A stretch of 64,000 nucleotides of DNA from the IMG/VR virus record IMGVR_UViG_3300043384_000010, positions 1 through 64,000 of that record; one strand, 5' to 3'. The notes under the pieces were generated by a model that was not told where the DNA came from, did not search any database, and worked only from the letters and a program-made list of their open reading frames with translations. The stretch comes from a virus. Its lineage: Duplodnaviria; Caudoviricetes. The position numbers and the translations under genes are program-made. Position 1 is the stretch's first letter. Each line of letters opens with the position of its first letter. This document shows, one piece after another, positions 8,695-18,557 of the stretch.

Positions 8695-9606
8695 TCAGCT
8701 GGCGTTCTGCCAGATCAGGCAGGCGCGCTCTGCCGCGAGCGTCTTCACACCGAACAGCAGGTCGATCGACAGGACATCCTTCTTGTGCGTGTAGTCGTAC
8801 GCCCACACACAACGCACCCCCACCCCGTCAGCCTCCTCATACCACGCCTTCGCGGACCCCTCCGGCAGCATCAGTGGGCGCGTCACGAACGCGACAGCGG
8901 TCCGGTGGAACGCGACACCGATCTCACTGTCACCACCCGTGACATGGGTCGTCTTGTACGGCTCGAACCCGAACAGCCGGTTCCCCAGGTACGCCTGAGT
9001 GCGGCCGACGATGTCACCGCGATCACTGGCCTTGGTGAGCAGGTCGTCACCCTGCCACTTCGCCGACGTGGTCGGGCCGACGACGACGAACCGCTCGTCC
9101 TCCGGGACGACCCGCGTGTCCAAGACACGCCCGGCGTCGATCATGACGCGGGGGTTGTCCCAATCCCACGCGTTCGTGCCGGAGACGCCAGTCGTGACAC
9201 TGCCCTTCGTGCCGACCTCCTGGACGATGTCGTTGCGGAACGCGAGGATCGCCTGGTCGACAGCCTTCGCGTGCGCCTGCATCACCGGGGTGATGACCTG
9301 CACCTGTAGATCCTTGATGTCGAGGGCGCGTTCCTTCGCACCGAACGAAATCGAGATGTCCTTGTGGGTGTTCAGGACGACAGGGATCGACGACTCGGTG
9401 ACGTTCTGGAGTTCGATCCCATCCGCCTCGACGAAGTCCTTCGCCTCGAACGTCGCCGGCTTGCGGATGGTGACAGTGTCACCGGCGCCCTGCACGAACT
9501 CCCGCTCGTAGTCGCGGTGGACCAGCCTGAGCATCGTGGACTGCTGGATCAGGTTCGCCAACGCGATCTTCGCCACGATCGACGGCTTGATGAATGTGTT
9601 CGCCAT
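8695..9606 (-). CDS. Major capsid protein (P22 coat-like)
   Basis: MANTFIKPSIVAK...RDYEREF...GDTVTIRKP...DLLFGVKTL; follows the scaffold. Confidence 0.9.
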   Translation of the reverse strand: MANTFIKPSIVAKIALANLIQQSTMLRLVHRDYEREFVQGAGDTVTIRKPATFEAKDFVEADGIELQNVTESSIPVVLNTHKDISISFGAKERALDIKDLQVQVITPVMQAHAKAVDQAILAFRNDIVQEVGTKGSVTTGVSGTNAWDWDNPRVMIDAGRVLDTRVVPEDERFVVVGPTTSAKWQGDDLLTKASDRGDIVGRTQAYLGNRLFGFEPYKTTHVTGGDSEIGVAFHRTAVAFVTRPLMLPEGSAKAWYEEADGVGVRCVWAYDYTHKKDVLSIDLLFGVKTLAAERACLIWQNAS

Positions 9607-9647
9607 GACGGCGTCCTCTCTCGGTTACCGCCGCTCTGGCGGGTTGA

Positions 9648-10403
9648 TCATCGGCGCTTCGTGAACCCGGCGTCGATGAGGTCGTCAACGGACATGTGGT
9701 CAAGGTCGCGGGGGGCAGTCCCGGCCGTAGTCGTCCCGCCAGACGCAGCGGCCGGGGCGGTCTTCTTGATGGCCTTCAGGTCGGGGTTCGCCTCAACCTC
9801 GGCCTCGACGAGTTCAGCGACGGCGACACGGAACGCCGCCTTGTCGGCGGAGTCGACCGCCGCGACCTTCGCCATGAAGGCGCGGGAATCCGTGAGCCTC
9901 CCCGGGGACGCGTCGTGCATTGCCGCCGCGTCCTGGACGGCGACCTCGCGGAGCAGTTCGAGGAGCTCATTGCCGCGGGCCTCAGCGTCCTTGCGTGCCT
10001 GGTCGCGTTCCTGCGTGATGCGTTCGGCGACCTGCTCGGGGGTGAGCGCCGGCTCGGCGTCGACGAGCCCAAGCGCCTTCGCGGCCCGGTCCTTCCACTC
10101 CTTGTCTCGGGCGTCGATCGCCGCCTTCAACTGCTGTTCACCTTCAGCGAGGGCAGCCAGCCTGGCTTCCTTCGCGGCCTGCTCCTTCGCGGTGGTGCGG
10201 GTCTTCGCGTTCTCCTTGCGGAGTTTGGCGATCTCCTTGCGGAGGTCATCTGCGGTGAGACCGTCGGTCGGGTCGCCCTGCGACCCCTCGTCGTTCTCGC
10301 CGTCCGTGTCGTCCGTGACCTGGACGGTCGCGTCAGGCTCCTGGCCCTCCACGGCGGTCGTGTCGTCCCCGGACTGGGTGGTGTCGTTCTCGGTGTAGGG
10401 CAT
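9648..10403 (-). CDS. Capsid scaffolding protein
   Basis: Acidic N-terminus, LRKEIAKLRKENAKTR coiled coil; lies between portal and capsid. Confidence 0.85.
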   Translation of the reverse strand: MPYTENDTTQSGDDTTAVEGQEPDATVQVTDDTDGENDEGSQGDPTDGLTADDLRKEIAKLRKENAKTRTTAKEQAAKEARLAALAEGEQQLKAAIDARDKEWKDRAAKALGLVDAEPALTPEQVAERITQERDQARKDAEARGNELLELLREVAVQDAAAMHDASPGRLTDSRAFMAKVAAVDSADKAAFRVAVAELVEAEVEANPDLKAIKKTAPAAASGGTTTAGTAPRDLDHMSVDDLIDAGFTKRR

Positions 10404-10493
10404 GCCTCGTCCACTCCTGGCGGGGTTGGCTGTGACCGGGCACGCGCCTGGCGTGACCGGTACTGGGGGGGAAGGTGATGCGGTGGTGCAGCC

Positions 10494-12080
10494 CTACCGG
10501 CGTCGTACGGCCGGAAGGGCGTTCGCTACCGGCCCGTCAGCCGGAACATCAGTGGGTGCATCCATGGGAGACGTGTCGTCGTGGACGAGAGCGACCGGGT
10601 CAGGGACGTTGCGGCCCTGCTCCCGCATGATCGCCTCAACCTCTTCGGCAACGGCCTCATCCGCCCATTCGGGGTTGAGGCGTTTCACCCGCGTCTTGAT
10701 CGACACGGCTTCGGCTTGGGCGAGGGTCGCCAGCGTCTGCGCGGTCTGAGCGTCCGACTCGGCGACCGTGTCCCCGAACACGATCTTGGGGCGTTCAGGT
10801 GTCACCTTCGACCCGAACACGGCGGCATCAACCTCAAGGAGCGTGTGCACTGAAGCCCTCAACGCGGACCCCCAATGCAGGGTCTGCATGCCCCGCGTCA
10901 GATACGACTGCGCGGAACGCTGCTGGATCTCCGTCGCTGTCGCCGCCGCCTGATCTGTCTGGCCGCGCCCGAAACTGTTGACGGAAAACCCGCAGGAACG
11001 GATGATCTCCTCGGTGAGGGCGCGGCACCCCGCAAGATGCTCCTCCACCCGAATCAACGGCTGAATCAACTCCACCGGTTTCATGCCCTGCTGGTTCGGG
11101 TTAATCCTCAACGGCATCAACAGTTCACGGTCATCGAACACGGCGCCCTGACCGGGACCCTGACTCTTCACCGCATCCTCAGTGATGACCGCGCGGGCCT
11201 TCGCCAGCCGGTACTCGCGGGCCAGACTCGACCACACCTCATCCAACTGGTCCATCAACCCCAACACTGCCGGGGAGAACAGGGACCGGCCTAGAGGCGA
11301 CCCCTTGTCGAGGCGGTTCGGTCGCAGATTCGGGACGTGCTGGATGAGGAGCCGGTCAACACCGGTCACCACCTGCTCCGGGAACCGTTCAGTGTCCTCG
11401 TGTTCCCGGAGGTCAACGAGGTGCCCGAGAGTGCTGACACCACCCACATACAGGCCGTGGAGGACGACGCCCCGTTCGTGGCGTTCGAGGTGCCGCCAGA
11501 TCTTCCCGTGGTCATCCTTGACGACCGTCCAGATCGTTGCCGCAGCGAGCATGCCAGCCCGGAACTCTGGGACCACGGCGTCGCCGTGGACGACGCGGAT
11601 CCACGGCTCATCCCGGATGGACGTGTCCCACGTCACGCACGGATACACGTCACCCAACGCGCCAGCAACGTCGGCGCCCTCAAGGAGCGTCGAATGCAGG
11701 CCCGTCAAGTCCGTGAGGACGTCGAGCCGGTCCTGTGTCTTCGCGTTCTCGACCGTCAACTTCGGGGGCTCCGCGAACAGCATGTTCGCGGACATCCCCG
11801 TAATGTCCGACGCCAACGGCAGGTGCAGTTTCGCCCGCAGTTCACCGTCCGGGGCGGGCTGACCCCAGAACCAGCGGGCCATCCTCCCGACCATCCCGCC
11901 GCGGAACTGGCTCGCCCGATACCGGGTGTCACCGCGAACCCAGCCCTGCCCGCCGTCATAGAGGCTGGACAACTGCTCCGGGTCGCCCGCCCACCACGTC
12001 GCGTTCGTCGCGTACTGGTCGTAGGCTGACTGCCACTTCTCGGGCGGCCACACAGTCTTCCCGGGGGGAGGCAACGACAT
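10494..12080 (-). CDS. Portal protein (SPP1 gp6/A118-like)
   Basis: 528 aa after TerL; KLHLPLASDI, TATEI, AVSIKTRVKRLNPEW. Confidence 0.9.
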   Translation of the reverse strand: MSLPPPGKTVWPPEKWQSAYDQYATNATWWAGDPEQLSSLYDGGQGWVRGDTRYRASQFRGGMVGRMARWFWGQPAPDGELRAKLHLPLASDITGMSANMLFAEPPKLTVENAKTQDRLDVLTDLTGLHSTLLEGADVAGALGDVYPCVTWDTSIRDEPWIRVVHGDAVVPEFRAGMLAAATIWTVVKDDHGKIWRHLERHERGVVLHGLYVGGVSTLGHLVDLREHEDTERFPEQVVTGVDRLLIQHVPNLRPNRLDKGSPLGRSLFSPAVLGLMDQLDEVWSSLAREYRLAKARAVITEDAVKSQGPGQGAVFDDRELLMPLRINPNQQGMKPVELIQPLIRVEEHLAGCRALTEEIIRSCGFSVNSFGRGQTDQAAATATEIQQRSAQSYLTRGMQTLHWGSALRASVHTLLEVDAAVFGSKVTPERPKIVFGDTVAESDAQTAQTLATLAQAEAVSIKTRVKRLNPEWADEAVAEEVEAIMREQGRNVPDPVALVHDDTSPMDAPTDVPADGPVANALPAVRRR

Positions 12081-12092
12081 CGTGGCCTCCTC

Positions 12093-13400
12093 TCAGGCGG
12101 CGTCAAGTAGTTGGTCTTTCAGGTCGTGACGCCATGACCACTCGGTGGTGAGAAGTCCATACCGCCCGGCGTCGAGAGCGTGGTCAGCGACCTTGACGGG
12201 CTGGTCGATGCCCTTCTCCGCGGCCTTCGCGTCCCACACGTAGCCGGGGCACTCCTCAATCCACCCCTTGCATGACCGGTGGACCTTCAGTTGCCCCTTG
12301 GCCAGCAGGTTCGAGATGAGTCGGATCCCGTCGAGGACCGCGTTGTCACCGGCGGTTGGCGAGACATCATCCCGCCACAGTTGGGTGATGAACGACGCCG
12401 CGGACGGGTCCACGATCCATCTCTCTGGGGTGACGCCCGGATGGTCAGCGCCCGGCCGGACGTAGCCAGCGGTCCAGTCGCGGACGGCCTGCGAGTACTC
12501 GCTGTCGGTCTTCTGTCGGCGTTCCTTGCGGCTGTCCCACCGGTACTCGCTGGCGAGGTAGAGGCACCCGTCGACGCCGAGGCCGAGGAGGAGTGCGTCG
12601 AGCGGGTTGACGGTGCCGTAGTCGATGCCCACGCAGATCCAGCGGAGGATCAACGGCAGTTCGTCGACGACGTGGGTTTCTTCGTCCCACATGTCGTAGA
12701 TGGCGCCCTCGGCTTGCACCCATTGACCGAGGATGAACCGTCTGAACCACAAGCCCGTGTACTGGCGACGCCAGAAGGCTTTCTTCGCGTCGGACAGGAC
12801 CGGGTTGTCGTCCATACCGAAGTGCCAGGACCGGACGTCCGGGTTGTCGTCGAGAAGTTCCTTCTTCACCCAATGCTGTGGGTTTTCCGGATTTGTCGTC
12901 GCGAACATAAGGGCGCCGTCGATGGAATGACGCCCAACGAGTTGATCCCAGAACGGCTTCGGGATGAGGGAAAGTTCATCCGTGTACGACCCGCCGCACG
13001 TGAACCCGCGGATCTTCGACTCCGCCTTCGCGTCATTCGCGCCGAGGACATGGACCACCTTGCCCATGATCCGAGCCGTCGGCGCCCCCGCCGAATAGTG
13101 CACATGCTGCGACAGTTCACCGAAGATGCTCGGATCCTGCATAGGCGCGAAACAGTTACGCGCCACCGTCGCCGTAGTCTTCCCGACCATGACAAGCTGC
13201 CCGCCGTGGTCGTGGTTCGCAACGTAATGCAGCCACCGCAGCAGCGACGAGATCGTCTTCCCCGACCGGATCGCACCTTCTGACAGATTTATCGCAGCAG
13301 TCGAGTTGGCGATATAGTCGATCTGCTTCGGGGACAGCGGCAGATCGGTCGGCAACTCACTCAGAGCCGCCGCCCCCACGCAACCTCGACATGAGGTCAT
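12093..13400 (-). CDS. Terminase large subunit (PBSX type); exact start uncertain
   Basis: Walker A EGAIRSGKT, Walker B YTDE, TTNP, GIDYGTVNP, DHALDAGRY. Confidence 0.95.
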   Translation of the reverse strand: MTSCRGCVGAAALSELPTDLPLSPKQIDYIANSTAAINLSEGAIRSGKTISSLLRWLHYVANHDHGGQLVMVGKTTATVARNCFAPMQDPSIFGELSQHVHYSAGAPTARIMGKVVHVLGANDAKAESKIRGFTCGGSYTDELSLIPKPFWDQLVGRHSIDGALMFATTNPENPQHWVKKELLDDNPDVRSWHFGMDDNPVLSDAKKAFWRRQYTGLWFRRFILGQWVQAEGAIYDMWDEETHVVDELPLILRWICVGIDYGTVNPLDALLLGLGVDGCLYLASEYRWDSRKERRQKTDSEYSQAVRDWTAGYVRPGADHPGVTPERWIVDPSAASFITQLWRDDVSPTAGDNAVLDGIRLISNLLAKGQLKVHRSCKGWIEECPGYVWDAKAAEKGIDQPVKVADHALDAGRYGLLTTEWSWRHDLKDQLLDAA

Positions 13401-13848
13401 TCAGCATCGACTTCGCGCCCTCAGCGCCCGTGCCCGCGTCGACCTTCTCCAGGTCACCGGCAGTCTTCGCATACGAGGCGAGAGCCCGCGACAGATGCAG
13501 CTCATCCTGCGGCGGCACAAACCCGAACTCCGCAGCCACCGGACCCTCCTGCGAGTTCCCGACCGTCTCGAACGTCGGCGCACCAAGGCGCTCCGCCAAC
13601 CTCAGACACCGCTCATACTGCCACTCCACGATCGCCGCGCGGCGCGCCCGGTTATCGGCCATCGCCGCGAACGTCGCCGCATCCGTCTGCGACCGGTCGA
13701 ACGTAAGCCCGAGTTCACCCGCGTGACGGGACACCGTCGACGGTGCCCGGTCAATCGCGTCAGCGACCTGCCGGACACTCTTGCCCTCCCCATGCAGGCG
13801 TACGATCTCCGCCCTCTCCTCAGCGGAGAGAGGGATGTTCGCGGCCAC
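13357..13848 (-). CDS. Terminase small subunit with N-terminal HTH
   Basis: GKSVRQVADAIDRAPSTVSRH; overlaps the TerL start. Confidence 0.8.
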   Translation of the reverse strand: MAANIPLSAEERAEIVRLHGEGKSVRQVADAIDRAPSTVSRHAGELGLTFDRSQTDAATFAAMADNRARRAAIVEWQYERCLRLAERLGAPTFETVGNSQEGPVAAEFGFVPPQDELHLSRALASYAKTAGDLEKVDAGTGAEGAKSMLNDLMSRLRGGGGSE

Positions 13849-14053
13849 ATCAGCCTCGCGCGTCTGCGACGGGAGAGAACGTTGCCGCGCTGTCGAGGGG
13901 GTTGCTGGTCATTGTGGTCTCCGCTCTGCCGGCTTCCCCGCTCCTGGCGGTGTCGGCGTCCCGCTCCTGGCGGGACCGGTCACGGTGGTGTGTCCGTGCA
14001 TGGGTGAGGGCACCGAGACCGGAGTCTGGGTGCCCTCAGGATTGGTGTTGCGG

Positions 14054-14467
14054 TTAGGTGGCCTTGACCACCCCGAGGATCATGTTGAAGGGGACCCGGC
14101 GGGGGCCCCATCCGTCATCGACTGTGACGGTGGTCTTGTTGACCTTGACGACTTGGTCCAGTCCGTGTCGGGTGCGGATGGTCTCGGCGCCCTTGAGGTC
14201 GTCAGCCGTGAGGGGGGCGGCTTTCGCTGCCGCGGATTCCTCGCGCGCCTTGGCGAGGGCGAGGTGGTGACGCTCACCGGCGATCCGGTCGTTGAGGTCC
14301 TTCCATCGGCGCATGTGCGCGTCGGAACGCGAGCGTTGCTGGTGGAGACCTGCGCCTGAGAGGCGGGCTACGGCCGGGTCTGGGCTGGACGTGTCGGTGA
14401 GTGCGTCGCGTTGGCGGGTGAGATCGTCGAGCCGGTCCTGGATGTCCGCCGCGGTGCGGGCGGTCAC
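14054..14467 (-). CDS. Hypothetical protein
   Basis: 137 aa, coupled to the upstream HTH gene. Confidence 0.6.
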   Translation of the reverse strand: MTARTAADIQDRLDDLTRQRDALTDTSSPDPAVARLSGAGLHQQRSRSDAHMRRWKDLNDRIAGERHHLALAKAREESAAAKAAPLTADDLKGAETIRTRHGLDQVVKVNKTTVTVDDGWGPRRVPFNMILGVVKAT

Positions 14468-14694
14468 CGGCAGACCGCCTTGACGGTGGCGACGTTGATT
14501 CCGGTCAGTTCGGCGACCTTCGGGATGCTGTGTCCCTTGCGGGCTTCCCTGAGGGATGTGTTGCGGAGGGTGCGGGCTTCACGGGCGCGCGCCTCGCAGT
14601 AGGTGGCGAACACGTCAGCGTCGATGGCCCGTTGGATCGGGTCGCGTAGGCGAGCGGTTTCCTCTAGGGGCTTCGGTTTCCGCTGGTCAGACAT
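14464..14694 (-). CDS. Small HTH protein, leaderless
   Basis: HSIPKVAELTGINVATVKAV; TATAAT 7 nt before ATG 14694. Confidence 0.65.
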   Translation of the reverse strand: MSDQRKPKPLEETARLRDPIQRAIDADVFATYCEARAREARTLRNTSLREARKGHSIPKVAELTGINVATVKAVCR

Positions 14695-14819
14695 GGTTAC
14701 CATTATAGCCGACTGGTGGGTTATCCGGGTAGTCCGATACCAGGCGCTTAGCCGAGGGTCCAGACGGTCGCCGAGACGGCCAGCTGCTGCCACTCCGCGA
14801 CCGTGAGCCACATGCCGCC

Positions 14820-15190
14820 TTGACATCCTCCCGGCCCTGAAGGACCGGGATTCCTGGGGGCTTCACGCGGCCACTCCAGAGGTTCCCGCTGCCGCTTGCG
14901 CGGGCTTACGCGATGCGTGACGGGCATAAACCCCATGTCCTGGGGCTGGCGCAGGGACGATCTCACCAGTGGTGAGGAGCAGTCCCCGGGCCAGGATGTT
15001 GCGGGCAGCGTTCCGGTCCGCGTGATCCGTGTGGCCACACGAGACACACAGGAAGACCGCTTGACTTTGACGGTTTTCCTTGGCGACGTGACCACACATA
15101 CGGCACTGCTGCGACGTGTACCGAGGATCAACCTCGACCACGGTGACACCTGACGCGGCGCCCTTCGCCTTCAGGCTGTATCGGCAGGCT
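14820..15190 (-). mobile_element. IS200/IS605 remnant: right end/omegaRNA region plus tnpB 3' fragment
   Basis: Right end GGAATCCCGGTCCTTCAGGGCCGGGAGGATGTCAA resembles the ends at 16884 and 44222. Confidence 0.85.
14863..15180 (-). pseudogene. tnpB: tnpB C-terminal fragment (Zn ribbon + RuvC-III)
   Basis: VDPRYTSQQCRMCG...CVSCGHTDHADRNAARNI; no RuvC-I/II upstream. Confidence 0.85.
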
Positions 15191-15218
15191 TGGTCCCGGG
15201 CTTGATCGGCCGGAAGGG

Positions 15219-15488
15219 TCAGCCTGGGCCGACGACCTTGCCGCGCGGCTTGTGGCCCATCTCCACCCTGTGGGCGTCAGATGCGGCCGAATGCCCGAAG
15301 ACCTCTGTGAACCACTTCGATGTGGTTGCGTCCAGTTCCTTCGGGTTCTGGATGTATTCCGCGAGGTGCCGGCGGAGGGTGCGCCAGGGGGTCGCCGACC
15401 CGCGCCACTTCGCGAGACCAGGACCGGCCACCCAGTAGGCGTGAAGGCGTGCCGCGCCCTCGGCGCCCTCGGGGGACTTGACGACCAT
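15219..15488 (-). CDS. Hypothetical actinophage protein
   Basis: RLHAYWVAGPGLAKW...PWRTLRRHL motif recalled from actinophage hypotheticals. Confidence 0.6.
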   Translation of the reverse strand: MVVKSPEGAEGAARLHAYWVAGPGLAKWRGSATPWRTLRRHLAEYIQNPKELDATTSKWFTEVFGHSAASDAHRVEMGHKPRGKVVGPG

Positions 15489-15494
15489 CAGAGG

Positions 15495-15662
15495 TCAGCA
15501 GCCCTTGCCCTTGCCGCGCTTCGGCATCCCGGCCGGGGGCATGGCGCCCTTCGATGCAGCCTTGCCCTTGGCTGCGAAGGGGGGCGCCTGCTTCCCGGCG
15601 AACGGGTTGGCCTTCTTCGCGGGAGGCTTCGGTGGGGCCTTCGCGGGCTTCTTGGCGGCCAT
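15495..15662 (-). CDS. 55-aa Lys/Ala/Pro-rich basic peptide
   Basis: MAAKKPAKAPPKPPAKKANPF...; GGAGGG RBS. Confidence 0.7.
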   Translation of the reverse strand: MAAKKPAKAPPKPPAKKANPFAGKQAPPFAAKGKAASKGAMPPAGMPKRGKGKGC

Positions 15663-15879
15663 CGTGCCCTCCGGGCGTGAGAAAGGCGGCCTACGAGGGA
15701 CCGCCTGGGCTTGAATGCCGCGAGCCTCAGGCCCCGCTACCGAGCGGGAACTCCTGAGGCTCACTTCCGGCCTGCACCGCAGTGGACCGGCTCCGATTCT
15801 GGGCAGCGTCTTCCATTGGCATCCGCTGCGCGTATCGTATCATCCCCACGTTGATCTGCTGCAACACCCGTCATGCATG

Positions 15880-16476
15880 TCACACGGACGGGCTAAGTCT
15901 GCTTGCGGTGTCTCCCTGGTCGAGACGTGCGCCATGCCTGGACGGCGTCGGTGTGCCAGCGGGACGCCCCGCCCGCCCGGACAGCCGCAGCCCCCGCGTG
16001 ATCAGCTCCTGCGGGGCATCGAGAGTGTCCGGCGACCGAACCCCAGCCAGCCGGCCAACCACAGGACGGGCAGCGTCAGCCAGCCGTGCGGACAGGTCCG
16101 AGGCGGTCATGCACGCCGACATCGGCAGCCCATGCCGGAGTCGGTACGCCCGAACCCCGCCGTGGATCATGCCGACATGCACAGCCAGCGCGATGTACGT
16201 CCGGCCGCAGTCGTGGCAGACCAGCCGGTCACCGTCGGCGGGGTCGACGTCGACGATCCCCCACCGGCCGTGACCGGCTGGGGACCCGATCGCCCGCTCG
16301 CCCAGGTCGAGGGTCCCGCCATGGGCGAGCCGCCGGTAGTGACGGCGGCACAAGCCCCGGCAGTGCACCGGGGCCGCGCAGGACGCCGGGCCGCACTCCT
16401 GCCCGCAGATGCGCCCGGCAGCGGGCATCCGGGCAGGCTCCCCAGGCCGGGTGACGGCACGCTCACGGCTGGCCAT
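15880..16476 (-). CDS. Zn-finger + Ros/MucR-like regulator
   Basis: LVCHDCGRTYIALAVHVGMIHGGVRAYRLRHGLP; N-terminal C..C...RGLCRRHY. Confidence 0.7.
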   Translation of the reverse strand: MASRERAVTRPGEPARMPAAGRICGQECGPASCAAPVHCRGLCRRHYRRLAHGGTLDLGERAIGSPAGHGRWGIVDVDPADGDRLVCHDCGRTYIALAVHVGMIHGGVRAYRLRHGLPMSACMTASDLSARLADAARPVVGRLAGVRSPDTLDAPQELITRGLRLSGRAGRPAGTPTPSRHGARLDQGDTASRLSPSV

Positions 16477-16481
16477 CCGGG

Positions 16482-16865
16482 TCAGCGCTTGCCGAGCCGC
16501 TCCCGGACCGTCATCCGGTCCAGGCCGAGGATGGCGGCCAGATGCGTCTCGGGGATCCCCTTACCGCCGTCATGGGCTGGCGGGATGATCGCCGTGGCCT
16601 GCTGCATGAGGTCGGCGACGGTCGCCCGGGCTACACGTAGAGCGTCCCCGATGCGCCGGGCCTCGGCGGTGATGTCGGTGTACTGCTCCGGGGCGAAGAC
16701 CTGGATCATGTAGAGCCCGCGGTCCTGGTAGCTCGCCTCACGGGCGGTGGCAAGGTCTGCGGTGACGGCGTAGCAGGCGTCGTGCTCATCGGCACGGATG
16801 GTCCCGCTGATGTGCCAGCGGGGGCCTCTGGCTGCCCGGTGGGCGATGACGGTGGTGGTCCTCAT
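16482..16865 (-). CDS. Small protein with C-terminal HTH
   Basis: PETHLAAILGLDRMTVRERL. Confidence 0.65.
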   Translation of the reverse strand: MRTTTVIAHRAARGPRWHISGTIRADEHDACYAVTADLATAREASYQDRGLYMIQVFAPEQYTDITAEARRIGDALRVARATVADLMQQATAIIPPAHDGGKGIPETHLAAILGLDRMTVRERLGKR

Positions 16866-16900
16866 GTTCGATCAGTCCTCGTCTTGACGTCCTCTCCGCC

Positions 16901-18118
16901 CTAAAGGACGGAGATTCCTACTGCAGCGGGGCTGCTTCGGTGGGTTCCTGCTTCGTCGCGCTGCGCCGGGACGAGTCCCGGTCTTACCTGCGCTCCACAG
17001 GCTCTGTCCGCCCGTCCGGCGGTGAGAATGTTCCGGGCCGCGTTCAGGTCCCGGTCGTGTGTGGTGTTGCAGTGCGGGCACGTCCACGTGCGGACCGAGA
17101 GGGGCTTGGGTCCGTCCTTGATCCCGCAGGTGGAGCACACCTGGCTGGTGGGCTCGAACCGTCCGATCCTGGCGAACGTCCGCCCCCACCGGGCCGCCTT
17201 GTACTCCAGCATGCCCACGAACGTGGACCAGCCCGCATCGTGAACCGACTTCGCGAGCTTCGTCCGGGCGAGACCGGCCACGCACAGGTCCTCGACGTAT
17301 ACCGCTTGGGTTTCGCGGATGACCGTCGTGGAAGCCTTGTGGAGCCAGTCCCGCCGGGTGTCCGCCACCCGAGCGTGCAGCCTTGCGACCTTCCGGACCT
17401 GCTTGGCCCGGTTCTTGCTGCTTTTCTGCTTCCGGCTCAGGGACTGCTGTGCCCGCTTCAACCGGCGTTCGGCCTTCCGCAGAAACCTCGGGTTGTCCAC
17501 CACCCTGCCCGACGAAAGGACCGCGAACGACGCCAACCCCAGGTCGATCCCCACCTCGGCATCCACCGGTGGGAGTGGCGCATCCTGCGTCTCGACCACG
17601 AATGAGGCGTGGTACCTGCCCGACGCATCGAGGATCACCGTCACCGACGACGGGTCCGACGGGAGGTCCCTGGACCACCGGACCGGGACGTCCCCGATCT
17701 TCGGGAGGCGCAGCTTCCCGCCCTCCGTGACCTTGAAGTTTGCGTTGCGGGTGAACCGGATCGCCTGCCGGTGGTCCTTCCGGGACCGGAACCTGGGCGG
17801 TGCGACTTTCCGGCCCTTCCGCTTCCCGGACATGGAGTTGAAGAAGTTCCGGTACGCGCCGTTCAGGTCGGCGACCGCCTGTTGCAGGACGACCGCCGAC
17901 ACCTCTGCGAGCCACTCCCGTTCCGGGGTCCGCTTCGCGTTTGTCGTGACCCGCTTCAACAGGTCCCCGTCCGAGATGTACGGCAGACCCTCGGCGTGCG
18001 CTTCGCGCCGTGCGGCGAGCCCGTCGTTGAACACCACCCGTGCGCACCCGAACGCCCTCGCCAGCGCCTGACGCTGACCTGGGCTCGGGTAGAGCCGGAA
18101 GTTGTACCGAAGCTGCAC
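16901..18118 (-). CDS. tnpB: RNA-guided endonuclease TnpB, catalytic residues intact
   Basis: GIDLG, VEDL, Zn ribbon, DRDLNAARN. Confidence 0.97.
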   Translation of the reverse strand: MQLRYNFRLYPSPGQRQALARAFGCARVVFNDGLAARREAHAEGLPYISDGDLLKRVTTNAKRTPEREWLAEVSAVVLQQAVADLNGAYRNFFNSMSGKRKGRKVAPPRFRSRKDHRQAIRFTRNANFKVTEGGKLRLPKIGDVPVRWSRDLPSDPSSVTVILDASGRYHASFVVETQDAPLPPVDAEVGIDLGLASFAVLSSGRVVDNPRFLRKAERRLKRAQQSLSRKQKSSKNRAKQVRKVARLHARVADTRRDWLHKASTTVIRETQAVYVEDLCVAGLARTKLAKSVHDAGWSTFVGMLEYKAARWGRTFARIGRFEPTSQVCSTCGIKDGPKPLSVRTWTCPHCNTTHDRDLNAARNILTAGRADRACGAQVRPGLVPAQRDEAGTHRSSPAAVGISVL

Positions 18119-18140
18119 GAGTACAGACTAGCATTGGTTT

Positions 18141-18557
18141 ATGGCTGATATGGAAGCGATACGCACTGGTCGGCACTGTGCCTTCCTCCTCCACGCACAC
18201 TTGGTTTTCGTGACGAAGTACCGGTACCGGGTGTTCACCGCCGAACACCTCACCCGCCTCGAACAGGTCATGCGGGACGTGTGCGACGACTTCGAGACAG
18301 AACTGGTCGAGTTCAACGGCGAGGACAACCACGTCCACCTGCTGGTGAACTTCCCTCCCAAGGTCGCTGTCGCCCGCCTCGTCAACTCCCTCAAGGGAGT
18401 GTCGTCGCGGCGGATGCGGCAGGAGTTCCCGGACCTGTCCCGCCGGTACTGGCGCCGGTCGAAACTGTGGTCCGGGTCCTACTTCGCCGGGTCCGTCGGC
18501 GGGGCGCCACTGGCGATCCTGCGGCAGTACATCGAGCAGCAGAACCGGCCGGTCTAG
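18141..18557 (+). CDS. tnpA: Y1 HUH transposase TnpA
   Basis: HLVFVTKYR, DNHVHLL, LWSGSYF, QYIEQQ. Confidence 0.97.
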   Translation: MADMEAIRTGRHCAFLLHAHLVFVTKYRYRVFTAEHLTRLEQVMRDVCDDFETELVEFNGEDNHVHLLVNFPPKVAVARLVNSLKGVSSRRMRQEFPDLSRRYWRRSKLWSGSYFAGSVGGAPLAILRQYIEQQNRPV

